Positions 34,656 through 47,440 of a stretch of 64,000 nucleotides of DNA are shown one piece after another. The position numbers and the translations under genes were made by a program. The stretch is from Hemiscyllium ocellatum (taxonomy: Eukaryota). The DNA is taken from contig NC_083446.1 in NCBI RefSeq assembly GCF_020745735.1, forward strand, positions 29,797,493 to 29,861,492. Direction: 5' to 3'. The notes below the pieces were generated by a model, which was given only the letters and a program-made list of their open reading frames with translations, was not told the origin of the DNA and searched no databases. Within the stretch, counting starts at the first letter, position 1. Each line of letters begins with the position of its first letter.

Positions 34656-37600
34656 AAGGTTAATAGGTTAGCCTTCTTTCACCGACATATAAATGATCGG
34701 AGCTATACAAGTGTATTGTTAGGCTAAGATGAAATACTGTTTGTAGTTCTGGTAGCCATATTATAGGAAGGATGTGATTGTAGTGGAGGGTGTGCAGAGG
34801 AGAATCACCAGGATGTTCCTCCGATGGAGCATATCAGCTATGGAGAGAGGCTTGATAATCTCTGGTTGTTTACTTTGGAGCAGAGAAGGCTGATGGAGAA
34901 GTGATTCAGCAGGATGCAATTACAAGGGAGATTTTCAGAAATATTTTTGCTGTAGTCCCACGCTTAATGTGCAAAATCAAATCTTGTGCGATTGTGGCAA
35001 ATATTTTGACATGATTACAGAATGGAGCAGCTGGCAGGAAAGTTTCTGATTTTGATTTTATGACCAGGTGCATTTTCCTGGATAAAATACAGTGAAAAGC
35101 TTTCACCTGTTGCAACACAATGATGCCATTTTGAATAATTGAAGACAATGTAATCAACAGAGGATGTAACTTGAAGAGAGTCGATGGGTTGTGAGCCAGC
35201 TCCTCACCACCGACCACCCCTGAAACACAACCCCTCCATGACAGTTTCATCCCCATCTACACCATACCCCACCAATATCGAAGTTGCTGATCCTCTGGCA
35301 TGATGTTTGCCACTGGGCAGATCCTCCTCAATCACCGGTTCATTGCCCCATGTACCATCCCGTTCCAATGTCAGAACCATTTCTATTTCTAGTGGGGCCA
35401 ATCTTATTGATGCTACCATGATACTCTTCCAGTATCCCTTTCAACACCACCAGTGCAGGACCCAATCAGCAACCAGTCTCCAATCCTCAGGAATCACCGT
35501 TTGCTGCTTGGCCCTTTCTCATCTGCATTGCCTCTGCTGATGTAGCAACTGCCAATTCCAGGTCCTGTACTTGCTCCAGAAACGTAAGTAAGTACTCACT
35601 CTCCTCCACACTGCGCTCAGATTGAGATCCAAACCCTGGGTCCAGCTTGAGGTCAGTAGGGTACAGAGAGAAACGTGGAGAAGAAAATAAGAAAAAGGAA
35701 TCAGGTCAGAGTGTACAAGCTCCAGCAAAGCAGCCCTTGGACCATAAACACTGGAATAAAAGGATCCTTTTATTGGAGACGAAGCATCTCAGGGTTATGT
35801 CCTTGGGTCCCAGCTATACCCAAACATCTCAAACATTTGGTTGACGGAATCAATTGCAATATATTTCAGTCTGCTATGGTAGAAATGCATTGAGGAGATT
35901 CTCGGTCTTGATGACAACGTGGAAGGCTCAATCTGTTTAATGACCCACTCCTTTTCTGATGTTTCTGTGCAGTTTGTGGGAAAGCTTTGTAAATGTTGTC
36001 ACAAGCTCTCAGATGTTAGGAAGGATGTCTCTTCAGGGTTTACAGGACTATGTTTCCCATTCCCCCTTCTGACAACGAGGCTGGAGACTGGTGTTCTGTC
36101 CGGTTTGATCCGCTAAGACCACGGAGCAATTTGATATAATTGAGTGTCTTGCTTGGCCGTTTCCGAGACCATTGAAAAGATCATCACATGTCTGGGTGCC
36201 TGGAGTCACTTTTCGGCCAGACAAGGAAAACAGGGGAGATTCACTTTCTAAAAGGTACGTTGGGGACAGAGATCGAAGTTTACAATCAGCACTGGATACA
36301 AGATCAGTACTACTGACACCAGATTTTAGATCCCAATATTTTTAAAATTGTTTTTAACTTCCACCAGCTGCCCTTGTCTGAATTAGTAATCCAGTGACAT
36401 TTCCACAACAGCACCATCTCCACATGGGGACCTATCAGAAAACACGCTGAGCAGGATAAACTCCCACCAATTTGACTGTCGTGATGGAATTGAGGAGGTG
36501 ATATTGGCCATACTGTAATTAATCTCCTCTTAAGGGACTTATCATAGTAATATTCCACATGTCTAGACAGATGTCAGAATTGGAACTAGAATGAAATAGC
36601 TTCCCCAGGGAGACGGCTTGTTGTACATTGCCTGTGTCATACCTACTATGTTCATATGTTTCCTCATGTCACAGAGAGTGAGTCAGACTGTTTAGAAACT
36701 GCCATCTGTGGTTCTGTGGACATCCTGACGAAGTGAGGATGATCATACACACAACACTTCTGCCTGAGTATGGTGTAGACACTACATCCTTATAATTTTC
36801 ACTGTTGTGCCGGGCTGTTCCATTAATTAGAATGGAGACATGTGTATGACCCTCTCCGGAAGTGAGTTGCTTAAACCGTTTATGACTGGATGTGGCAGGA
36901 CTGCAGAGCTTCGATCTGGTCAGTTAGTCTTGGGATCATTCCCCTCGCCATCAGATGTTAGTTCCACTGTTTGGAATGTAACCTGTCAAGTGCAGTAGCT
37001 TTATGGTTTGCCATCAGTTTTAGGGGTACACATGGTTTTGACCCTGGCATTTTTAACCACAGTGATCACTGAACGATAGATCAACTTGATGGTAATGGTA
37101 GGCTGAGGGATGATCAGGGTCAAAATGTTACAGATTATGTTTAAGTATAATTCTGCTTGTGATGTTGCTGTGCTCTACAGCACCATTTGGAATACACAGT
37201 TTGAGCTGTAATATCTTCAATACCGTTCTGCTACCTGCCCCACAGTTCACAACGAGACGCATTCACCCATCAGTCCTGCACTCAGTGACCTACTCTGGTT
37301 TCTGATGCGGTAACACTTCCGTTTTGATATTCTCATTCGGCTGAGCGTCTCTCCATGGTGTCACACTTAGAATTTGTCTCATTCCCCAACACCCTTTAAC
37401 ATTTTCATCTGTATCCTTTCCCTTCCAGTGTGTGCTACATTCTGTGTTTAGAGTGAGTGTATCCCTACCTCTGTTTCTCTCCTGATTAAGAGCAAGACTC
37501 TGTAGTGTCAGTGATGCCAGCCTTACATCATTTCAGAACCAAAGAATTTGTGCATCTTGTGTTATTTTTCACTTCCCGGTACGTAGCGCTCCAGGTTGGA

Positions 37601-38689
37601 CAGGAGGTTTTAGCTACGTTGATATATGTCTTTGAAAAGTGTTGAAAAACAGAAATTGCTAGAGATGTTAAGTACGTCTGGCAGTATCAGTGGAGTGAAA
37701 TTAAAGTTAATCATTTGGGTCCAGTCCTCGTTCTTCAAGGCTCAGTTTTTTTTTTGTTCTGGTTTCAGATTTCCAGAATCCACGGTTATTTGTTTACTTG
37801 AAACTGTGTTTTGTTCATTTCTGGAGAAACACAGCAGATCTGGCAGCTTCTGCAGAGACAGAGAAACAGAGTTAGTGTTTCAAGTCCACTGTGATATTTC
37901 TTCAGAACAGAGAAGGATTGGAAAATGAGCTTTTTTATATCTTGACGGACGTAGAGGAAGGGTGACAGGAAACAGACGGTGTGGAAGCGTAATGCCACTG
38001 AAAAATGCAGTTTTGGTTTTGGTAAAAGAGAATCAAATGTAAAATGAATAAAAATTAAATTGTGAAGGCAGGAAATGGGTTCCTGAATTGAGTTCAAGAT
38101 AAACTATTCAGAAGCAGGGCAAGTCCATTGGGAGACCAGGAGCAGGAATACATGAAGATTGGAGAACATCCACAAGGGGATCAGGCAGTTGAAATATGGA
38201 ATTGAATATTAACTTCTTCAGGCTGCAATGCACTAAAATGTAAAGTGAGGTGTTAATCGAGGTTGGGTTGCAATTCATTGGAACATTGCAGCAGCCCAGG
38301 ACGGAAATGTCAGCATGAGACCAACGTAGGTTATTGAAATGGGAAATAATGAGAGGGTCAGGTCTGTTATTCCTACAGACAGTGGGAGTGTTCCTCAATG
38401 CAGTCTCTGTTTGGTCTCCCCAATGTAAAGGAGACTGCAATGCGAGCAGTAATGAAAGGAGATTGGATTGAAAGAGTATAAATGAAATGTTGCTTTTTCT
38501 GGAATGAGTGCGTTGAGTTGTTAAGAAATGAGGAATGAGTCAGCGATCTGTTCAAATGGACAAATTTATTTATTGTTACATGTAGACTACATAGTTCCAC
38601 AACTTGGAGAGAATAAGTACTTCGGGTGCGGGAGGACAAAGTTAGTAAACTTGGAGCCGGATAAACACAGTAGACCAGACAGAATCAGA

Positions 38690-39770
38690 GGAGCAAAAAG
38701 TCAATATTTTGATCTTGGACCTTTCGTCAGGACTGGTGGGGTGGTGGGGAGCCCAGAAATTGAGTGATGTGATATGGAAGGGCGAAGGGTAGGTATGATG
38801 GTGGTAGGTACATGCAGGTATAAGGTTACTGTGATTGGTCAGTAGGAAGGGTGGAGCGGATATGTGAATCAGAAGATGGACAGTTGGATCTGGTCAGGGA
38901 GAAGGGACATGGGATACGGCTGCAGATGGAAGGACCTTTAGCTACTGCAGTCAATATTGAGGCCATTGGGCTATCAGCTCCAAAGGTAATCTCTCAGGTT
39001 GTGTTCCACTGACAGTGGACAGGCTAAGGACGGACATGTCGCTGGACGGGTTGGAGAGGGAATTGGAGGAGGAATTAAAATGGATGGCAACTGGAAATTC
39101 AGGTTGGTTGTTGCGTGCAGAGCACTGATGTTGCATCAGTAAAGCCTGATCCTGCAGTCCCCATACCCACCCCTCAAGCTCGTCTCCAACTCCCGATGTG
39201 GCCTCCTGTGTATTAGGTAGAGGAAAAGGGAGACTCAGGGAAATATTCATGGAGCATCTGCTGTCTGCACGTTTTAACCAACCCAACATTCCAGTTGTCA
39301 TCCAATTCAATTACTCCCCCCCACACACACATACCCTCCGTGCTCATCCGGTGACAGATCCATCCTTGATCTCCTCCACTATTAGAGTGATGCCAAACAG
39401 ACACTGGAGAACACAACCTGATATTTCAGCTGGAGAGATTACAGCTCAATGATCTCAAAATTGATTTCACCGGCTTCAAACTCTCTCCACCCACAGCCTC
39501 ATACCAAGTCCACCTTCCCTGACCTGACCTAAGTTGTCCATCTTCCCATTCGCATATCCGCTGCACCCTTCCCACTGCCCAATCACAATATCCCCCTACT
39601 TTCATTCCCTATCGCCATCCCACCTACCCTTCTCCCGGCTCCACGCCCCTCCCTCTATTCACTTACCGGCTCCCCTCCTCCTTCCCCAATCCTGATGAAG
39701 TCTTTCAGCCTGAAACGATGACGTTCCTGTTCCTAGGACGCTGTCTGAGCTGCTGCGCTTTTTCAGCTTC
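38690..39770. mobile_element. Two old Penelope-like 3' fragments in inverted orientation (minus about 38690-39130, plus about 39190-39770)
   Basis: GIY-YIG-region remnants (GRLREIFMEHL; FNQPNIPVVIQFN) and degenerate CTGA(T/C)GA cores at about 39694 (+) and 38725 (-). Confidence 0.7.
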
Positions 39771-39949
39771 CTATGTATTGGCTACATCGTTGCACGTTGA
39801 GAGCTCCACAGCAACAGATCTCAGTTTGCTTTTTATACATTTTTTAAAATCTGTTTACTGACAAGCTGATCGCAACATTCTCAAAATAGGGACAAGGAAA
39901 CAGTATCTTTGTCACTAATGCTCCTGTCTGCTTTGAACTGATTTCCTTT

Positions 39950-40900
39950 GTTTCAACCGTACTTTCAAGTCTGCTGATCGCCATGGCATTGGAAATTTAA
40001 CTCTTGTTATGTTGTAGCTTAATCACACCATGTCCAATGTACATCACAACTTCCTTGTTCTTATACTCCACATGTCTATTCATAAACCCAAGGATCCATT
40101 ACGTCCTTCTATACGACAGTTTCACCTTGCCTGACCATTTATAACCTCCTGTCTTCTGTGTGTCTCTCTCCTTAAACGGGTGGTAACATTTACCAGTCCT
40201 CCCACACTCCAAAGTTTCTTGTAAGATCACCAGCATTGCCTCCACAATCACCTTCGATAGCTCTTTCGAACTACGAGGTGAAGTCCAAGTGGTCTCGGTG
40301 ATTGATCCAACTTCACATTCCTAAGCAACTTCTCCTTTCTGGTGCTCGCAATACTCACCTCTATCCCTTGACTCTCTTGACGGTCTGGCAGTTTGCTGGT
40401 GTATTCCACTGTGAAGACTGATGCAAAGTACATATTCAATTCCTCTTTGCTTCACATAACTATTCAAACCAAATTTTCCAACAGTCCTTTATTTGTTCTT
40501 CACCCCGTCTTCCCCTTGCTTTATACATAAAAATCTCTTGCAATAAATATCCTTTTACATGGTTAACAATCGTAATATCATATGTCACTTTCTCCTCCAA
40601 TTTGCTGTTCTTAGCTATCAATGCTGGAATTTATAGGCTTGGTAATCGTCTAGTTTCCCAATAATCTTCACCACATTGTGAGCATTTTCTTTTGTTTTTA
40701 TGCTATCCCTGAGTTCATTATCACTCACGGCTGCCTTGTATTCCGCTGAATATCTTTCTTCTTATTTGGGATGAATTTCTAATGTGCTGCTGAATTATCT
40801 CCAGAAACCCCTGTCTTGCTACTTCACTATAGTCCCGTGCTTAGCTCCCGTTCCAACTAACTGTGGCTAGCTCCTCTCTCATGTCCTTTAGTTACATTAA
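39950..40900 (-). mobile_element. Decayed CR1 ORF2 fragment
   Basis: Minus ORF 40248-40439 (NMYFASVFTVE...DQSP.P.GLH). Confidence 0.8.
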
Positions 40901-41009
40901 TCAATAATAAGACATCTCAACCAAAAGTAAGCAATAGGTGTAAACTGAAGGAGGGACGTTTGAGACATGGGAGACGAAGAACGATTGGAGGATTTATTAA
41001 CTACACCAA

Positions 41010-41053
41010 AGAGAGAGCGAGATAGACAGAGAGAGAGACAGAGAGAGAGAGAG
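41010..41053. repeat. Imperfect (GA)n microsatellite
   Basis: AGAGAGAGCGAGATAGACAGAGAGAGAGACAGAGAGAGAGAGA. Confidence 0.9.
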
Positions 41054-41537
41054 AATATAGACGTGGAGATGTAAAAATAGGGACGTCTACATGATTGATA
41101 GAAGTAGATGTACTTCTGTACTTGGTTTGACAATTCCTGTGTGCTGTGGTCCTTTGTACAGTGTATGTGCAACAGATTAATATGTTGAAATGTCGGTCTG
41201 ATGCCAGAACTTTTATCTCCATCCATATGGCAGGCAACAGCTTTTGACAGAACCCAGCAGGACAATGTATATGCTTCCCGGCAGAAAACTGATTAACTGA
41301 AATAAATTGGAACACCAAAAGCAGGAAGTTATAGCATACATTGTGATTAGAATTAGAGATGAGGTCTAGGAATGCAAGAAAGAGGCAGAAGGCAGAGGGT
41401 ACCTCGAGAGAAGGGGAACATAACATATCAGTTGAAGATTAAATAGCATGTCAGTGTTTTATAAATTGCGTACATCACATGCATCATTTTTGTTAACTAT
41501 GTCTCTCTTGTTCATTCTGAATATGGTGCACACATAA

Positions 41538-41674
41538 NNNNNNNNNNNNNNNNNNNNNNNNNNNNNNNNNNNNNNNNNNNNNNNNNNNNNNNNNNNNNNN
41601 NNNNNNNNNNNNNNNNNNNNNNNNNNNNNNNNNNNNNNNNNNNNNNNNNNNNNNNNNNNNNNNNNNNNNNNNNN
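41538..41674. other. Assembly gap (137 N)
   Basis: Run of N. Confidence 1.
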
Positions 41675-41929
41675 ATTCCATTTCAAATTATCCTGTTGTA
41701 TTTACATTGCCACTGTCCATTTCTTCTTCCTAATATATTCTGTTTTTTTCTCTGCATTTTGTTTTTTTTTGTCTGTCAAGAGGACCTTGGGGAGTGGGGT
41801 GATGTCCCTTTACTCCTCATCAGTCTCCACAGTCACTGTCTTCTATTCTTTTCTGTTCTGTTTCTTAGCCCATGAAAAATACATACTGCGTCTGACGGTT
41901 GAAACCCAATAAACAGATTTTTTTTCTAC

Positions 41930-42170
41930 ATTCCTTACAGTAAGGAAACAGGCCCTTCGGCCCAACAAGTCAACACCGACCCTCGGACATTAACCTACCT
42001 TGACACATTCCCCTACCCTATATTCACACCTGACACTATGGGCCATTTAGAATGGCCAATTCACCTTCCCTGCACATCTTTGGACTGTGGGAGGAAACCG
42101 GAGCACCCGGAGGAAACCCACGCAAACACGAGGAGAATGTGCAAACACCAGACAGACAGTTGCCCAAGGC
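41930..42170 (-). mobile_element. V-SINE, 5'-truncated
   Basis: Reverse complement of GGTGAATTGGCCA and GGTTTCCTCCGGGTGCTCCGGTTTCCTCCCACAGTCC. Confidence 0.88.
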
Positions 42171-42318
42171 TGTTCGGTAAACAGTACGTTCACCTTTGGG
42201 CCAAGGCTGCTGCAAATCTAAACAAAAACGGCATACACACTGTGCAATAAGACGGTTGCACCTTTACAAATAAATTATTGAATTACATTGTGTAAACGAT
42301 AATTAACTGAAAAGAGGT

Positions 42319-42469
42319 ATGAGAGTAACATCCAACGAGACTGTTTTTATATTGGAAGCTGTTGTGGTGAAGGAGACTTCAGTGAGGTAAAAACATCTCG
42401 ATTGTCTCTGTGTACTGATGATTATTCAGGCAGGTTATTATCCTATCCTTGCTATTGTTAGTGTACCTG
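42319..42469 (+). pseudogene. gpr139-like: Disabled exon 1 of a GPR139-like class A GPCR
   Basis: MRVTSNETVFILEAVVVKETSVR*KHLDCLCVLMIIQAGYYPILAIVSVP. In-frame TAA at 42388-42390. The phase-1 end is followed by CTGAGT where GTGAGT is expected. Same YYPxLAIVxV TM1 motif as 51121-51289. Confidence 0.7.
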
Positions 42470-43329
42470 CTGAGTTTATTTTTGTCCATTTACTCTAACC
42501 CGTTGTCAACGTCGTCGTTTTCTCTGCCATGTATATTTGGCAAAGAACCAAACTATTGTCTTCGCTTTCAATCACATACTCCATTTCTATTCCATGAATT
42601 TCATATCCATCGCTTACAAACATCTGAGGAGAAACAAAAGTGTCCATAACCACGATTACCCCATTTTGTCCTGAGTTGATTTCTATCTGAATATTCCGAC
42701 AACCACAAAACCTGTCCACTCCCACCTTCACAATATTCCCAGTTTTCGGGTCTGCCTCAACACTGTTTCTGAATAAACCATCATCCACACCTTTCCAGTT
42801 ACCATTCTCTTCTGGTAGCTCTTCTCATTATACATATTTTGATCGTAAAAGTTTACATAACTCGACCTGGACCAACGCCAGGTGCAAAGAGTGAGGTCAG
42901 TTGGATTCTAAAATGAGATTGTCACAGCTTTATGTCAACTGTTTCAACATAACCTATAACCTCGCGCGAGGGAGAGGACTATGCTGTCAGTGACCAGGAA
43001 GTGATAGTTTTATTGAACTGTTTTGATTTGAAAACTTTCTGAGCAAGAGTGGGTGTCACGTCCATCATCCTCCAATTATAATGTTCCGATGTATTCACTC
43101 AGTGACGGAATCCATCTCTGCCTCCTGTGGAGGGTAATACTTTCGTGCTGTCTCCATAATGGGAGGTACTGAAAACCTTCCAGAAAGACTATGGGATAGA
43201 CTGGCTGGTGAAAGTAAGAAACTGTGTTTGATTAGATATAATAAAGAGAACTTACTCAAATAACCAATTGAACCGAAGGTTGTCAAGTTACTGCAACAAA
43301 TGAGCTGTATCCCAGAGTTTTCAGGAAAG

Positions 43330-43506
43330 TGACATTACAGCTAGTGAAAGAGTTATGAAGTCATACAGGACCGAAACAGCCCAACATGTCCATGCTGACT
43401 ATTCCAATTCCAAACTAACTTAGTACCACTTGCCCGCGCTTGGCCCATATCCGTCCAAAACTTTCCTATTCATGACCTTATCCAAATATATTTTAAACGT
43501 TGTAAC
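43330..43506 (-). mobile_element. CR1 3' tail fragment
   Basis: Reverse-complemented tail (TCATACAGG...CCAACATGTCCATGCTGAC...CTTGGCCCATATCC). Confidence 0.75.
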
Positions 43507-43541
43507 AACAGGAAAGAAGTATTGATTACCCTTCAAATTTC

Positions 43542-44877
43542 TTTAGGCTCTGAAAATTCTCGTTCCGGCAGACTGGAAAGTAGTTATTGTAATCCTACAT
43601 ATTTAAAACTGGAATGGGAGGGAAAACCAAAAATGGGTACCTTGATGTCAGGTCTGAGGAAAATATTAGAACCTTTCATGAGGAATTTTATAACTCGTAC
43701 TTCGGAAATCACGGTGTGACTTGGCAGAGTCAGCTCAGATTTAGAAACCGGAAATCATCGTTGAGAAACCTGTGGAGTTTGTGTTAGTTGATGCATCCAC
43801 AAAAGAGAACCAGTGATAGTGGTGTATTTGAATTTGCAGAATAATGTTTTGCATTATTGCTAACAAGTGAACGAAGAAAGTTAGAGTACATTGATAAGGT
43901 GCGGACGGGAGGAGCTGGATATACCACATGGATTGAGAATTGGTCAGTGGAAGCAATACAGAGCTTCCTGCACTTTTATGGACCGAAGGGAGTTACTCGT
44001 GTAATATCACATGTTTCAGTGATTGAACCATAACAATTTGCAAGGCATAGAAATGATTTGGATGAGAGAAGTAAATAGCACATATCTCATTTTGTATTGA
44101 TTAAATGGTAAGGGATTGAGAAGTGTTATTGTCAAAAGGACCTGACTGTCCTTCATCATGAGTCACCAAAAACAGTACATCCAAGGCGTAAGCATTGAGC
44201 ATCTTATATGGCATGTTGCCCTTCATTGTAGAATGATTCAAGTGCATAAGTAAAGCCGTCTTCCTGTAATTGTAGGGCCTTGATGAGAGAGTATTTGAGG
44301 CACTGCTAACAGGTATGACCTCCTCAAACAATTATTACCAGTCTAATGTAAGAAATGATGATACCATGAGGAGAGAGTGAAGAAACTGGTTTTTTTAAAT
44401 CTCTCGTGCCGTGAGACAAGGAGAGTTGACTGAGTTGAAACGTGAGGGTTAGTGACGATCATATATTTCTAAAAGACATAATGTTAGGGCAAGAAATAAT
44501 TAATTGATCAGATTTATTGTCTCATGTACCTAAGTCCAGTGAAAAGCTTTATTTGCAAGCAGTATATGCAGATGAAAGTAAGCAAGATCACACGGATCAT
44601 AGGTTGTAAAATAGACTTGGGCGGAGTAAGGCACATATGTTACAATGCGGAGGACATTCCAAAAACACAAAATCAGTATGATTTGAGTTAGATACCCTAT
44701 TCATCAGTCTAACATAGTATTCCTAATACTTTAGATATTATGAAAGGTTCTAATATTTTCCTCAGACCTGACATCAAGGTACCCATTTTTGGTTTTCCCT
44801 CCCATTCCAGTTTTAAATATGTAGGATTACAATAACTACTTTCCAGTCTGCCGGAACGAGAATTTTCAGAGCCTAAA
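43542..44877. repeat. Perfect 138-bp inverted repeat (43542-43679 / 44740-44877) around a 1060-bp spacer
   Basis: Base-by-base comparison showed no mismatch; the ORF track gives the identical peptide LGSENSRSG...KILEPF on opposite strands. Confidence 0.95.
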
Positions 44878-44879
44878 TG

Positions 44880-47440
44880 AACTCTCTCCACATTAATGTG
44901 CCGTCTGGATGAGGCGCCAAAGGAAATGTTTCGAGAGTTAGGAACCAATTTAAAAAATAGGATCTCAGAGGTAGTCATCTCAGGATCGCTACCAGTGTCA
45001 CGTGCTAGTCAGAGGAGGAAAGATCGAATGAACAGGAAGAATGTGTGCCTTGAGAGATGATGTAGGAGAGAGGGGTTCAGATTTTTGGGACATTGGAGCC
45101 GGTTCTGGGGGAGGTGGAACTATTACAAATTGGATGGTCTACATCTGGGTCGGACTGAAACCAATGTCCTAGGGGTTGCTTTTGCTAAAACCATTGGGTG
45201 GGGGCGTGTTAAAACTAATATGGCAGGGAATTAGGAACCAAATGAGAAGACTGGTGGTCAGGAAGGAGGTAGTAACTAAAGTCGAAAAACTGGATAATGA
45301 AATCAGCACGATTAAAGAGAAGTATAGGTAGGAAGCAGAGGATGAACACAGATGGGCTGGTAGTTTTAATGAAGAAGGATAGTAGGTCAGGCAGATGAAC
45401 GTAGGGCTTAGAATAGTACCTGGGAATATAATGTTATTGCTATTCCTGATACTTGGTTGACGGAATGGCGTGATTGGCAATTAATTATCCTAGAACATTA
45501 ATGATTCAGGCAGAGTAGAGAGGAAGGTAAAGAGGGTGGAAGAGAAGTGTTATTGGTCAAAGAAGATATCACAGCTGTGCTGAAGGAGAGCACCACGGAA
45601 GGTTCGAGCAGTGAGGCAATACTAGGCAGAGCTCAGAAAGAGAAAGGGTGCGTGAACAATGCTGGGGCTGTACTACAGGCTAAACTGTGGGAAGGCCAAC
45701 TGTAGCAAAATTCGGCAGGAGCTGGGCAATGTAGATTGGGAACAGGTGTTTCAAGGGAAATCCAGATTCGATATATTGGCGGCTTTTAAAGAGAGGTTAA
45801 TTCGAGTTCAGGACAGATATGTTCGTGTGAAAATGATGGATAGAAATGGCAAGGTTAGGAAACGATGGATGAAAAGTGATGTTGTGAGACTAGCTAAGAG
45901 GAAAAAAGATGCGTACATAATGTCTAGGCGAATGAAGATAGAGAAAGCCTTGGAAGAATATTGTGAATGTAGATCCAATCTGAAATGAGTAATTGAGGGC
46001 TAAAAGGGGCCATGGGGTATCCTTAGCCAGCAGACTTAAGTAAAACCTCAAAGCCATTTATTCGTATATAAGGAGCAAGTGGGTAACGAGAGAAAGGGTT
46101 GACCCACTCAAGGACAAAGCAGGAAAGGCATGATTGGAGGCAGAGAAAATGGGTGAGGTTCTTAATGAGTACATTGTTTCGATATTCACCAAGGAGTGGG
46201 ACTTGACATATGTTGATGTTAGGGATAGATCTTTCACTACTCGAGGTCAAGTCAGCATAAAGAGGGAGGAAATGTTGTGTATTCTAAAGGCATCAAGAAG
46301 GATAAGTCCCCAGGCATGGATGGGATCCAACCCGGGGTACTGAGGGAAGTGAGAGACTAAATTGCTGAGATTTTAACAGATATCTTTGCATCATCATTGA
46401 ACACGGGAGAGGTCCCAGGGGAATGGAGAATTGCTTATGGTTTTCCCCTCGTTTAAGGAATATTCCAGGTATTTACAGACCTCTGAGGCTGACGTCAGTG
46501 GAAGGGAAATTACTGGAGAAGATACTGAGGGATAACATATTTACCTATTTGAATAAAAAATGGGCTTCTCAGTGAGAGGCAGCATGATTTTGTGCAGTCA
46601 ATCTCATGGCTTACAAACTTAATAGAAATATTTGAAGAGGTGGTAAAGTTGGTTGATGAGGGAAGGCATGTAGATGTCATATACATGAACGTTAGTAAGG
46701 TGTTCGATAAATTCCCCATGGTAAGCTGATGAAGAGGGTGAAGTCGCATGCGGTCCAGGGTGTTCTAGCTAGATGGATAGAGAACTGGTTGGGCAACAGA
46801 AGACAGAGAATAATCGTGGAAGGAGTTTCTCAAAATGTAGATCGGTGAACAGTGGTGTTCCACGGGTATTGGTGCTGTGTGATATACATAAATGATTTGG
46901 AGGAAGGTGTAGTTTCTCTCAGTAGGAAGGTTGCAGGTGGCACTAAGATTGGTTGAGTAGCAGATAGTGAAGGGGACTGTCCGAGAATACAACATAATCG
47001 AGATAGATTAGAGAGTTGGGCAGAGAAATGGCAGACGGAGTTCAATCTGGAGAAATGCAAGGCGATGTATTTTGGAAGATGCAATTCAAGACAGAACTTA
47101 ACAATAAATGGGAAAGTCTTGGGGAAAATTGGCGTACAGAGAGATCTGGGTGTTCAGGTCCATTGTCCCCTGAAGATGGCATGGCAAATCAGTAGAGGAA
47201 TTAGAAGGCATACGGCATATTTTCCGTCATTGGACAAGGTAATGAGTACAAGAGTTGCAGGTAATGGCACAGTTGTATCAGACTTTGGAATACTGCATAC
47301 AATCTGGTCCCCACCTTAGCAAAATGATGTGTCTGCTTTCGAGAGGGTGCAGGGGTGGTTCACCAGGATGTTGCCTGGTAGGAGGGTGGCAGCCATGAAG
47401 ATAAATTGAATAAATTAGGGTTATTTTCATTAGAAAGACG
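44880..47440 (+). mobile_element. Decayed CR1 with ORF1 esterase (SGNH-like) C-terminal remnant plus ORF2
   Basis: GAGGTAGTCATCTCAGGATCGCTACCAGTG (VVISGLLPV-like) and GATGGTCTACATCTG (DGLHL), then ORF2 remnants at 45659-47319. Confidence 0.85.

Larger units (their letters stand above)
32700..34880 (+). mobile_element. Decayed CR1 ORF2 hosting two Penelope-derived insertions
   Basis: RT motif remnants (CTAGTGTACCACAGGGATCAGTG = SVPQGSV; ATAAATGATCTAG = INDL). Confidence 0.8.

Noticed and set aside
35790-36000. Protein-like minus frame (KEWVIKQIEPSTL...MHFYHSRLKYIAIDSVNQMFEMFGYSWDPRT*)
   Set aside because: No start or acceptor evidence and no family recognised; the length is within chance.
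41459-41686. ORFs containing X runs
   Set aside because: Artefacts of the N gap.
43522-44978. Two ORFs with an identical 45-aa stretch on opposite strands as duplicated genes
   Set aside because: Explained by the 138-bp DNA inverted repeat; no protein motif or exon structure.
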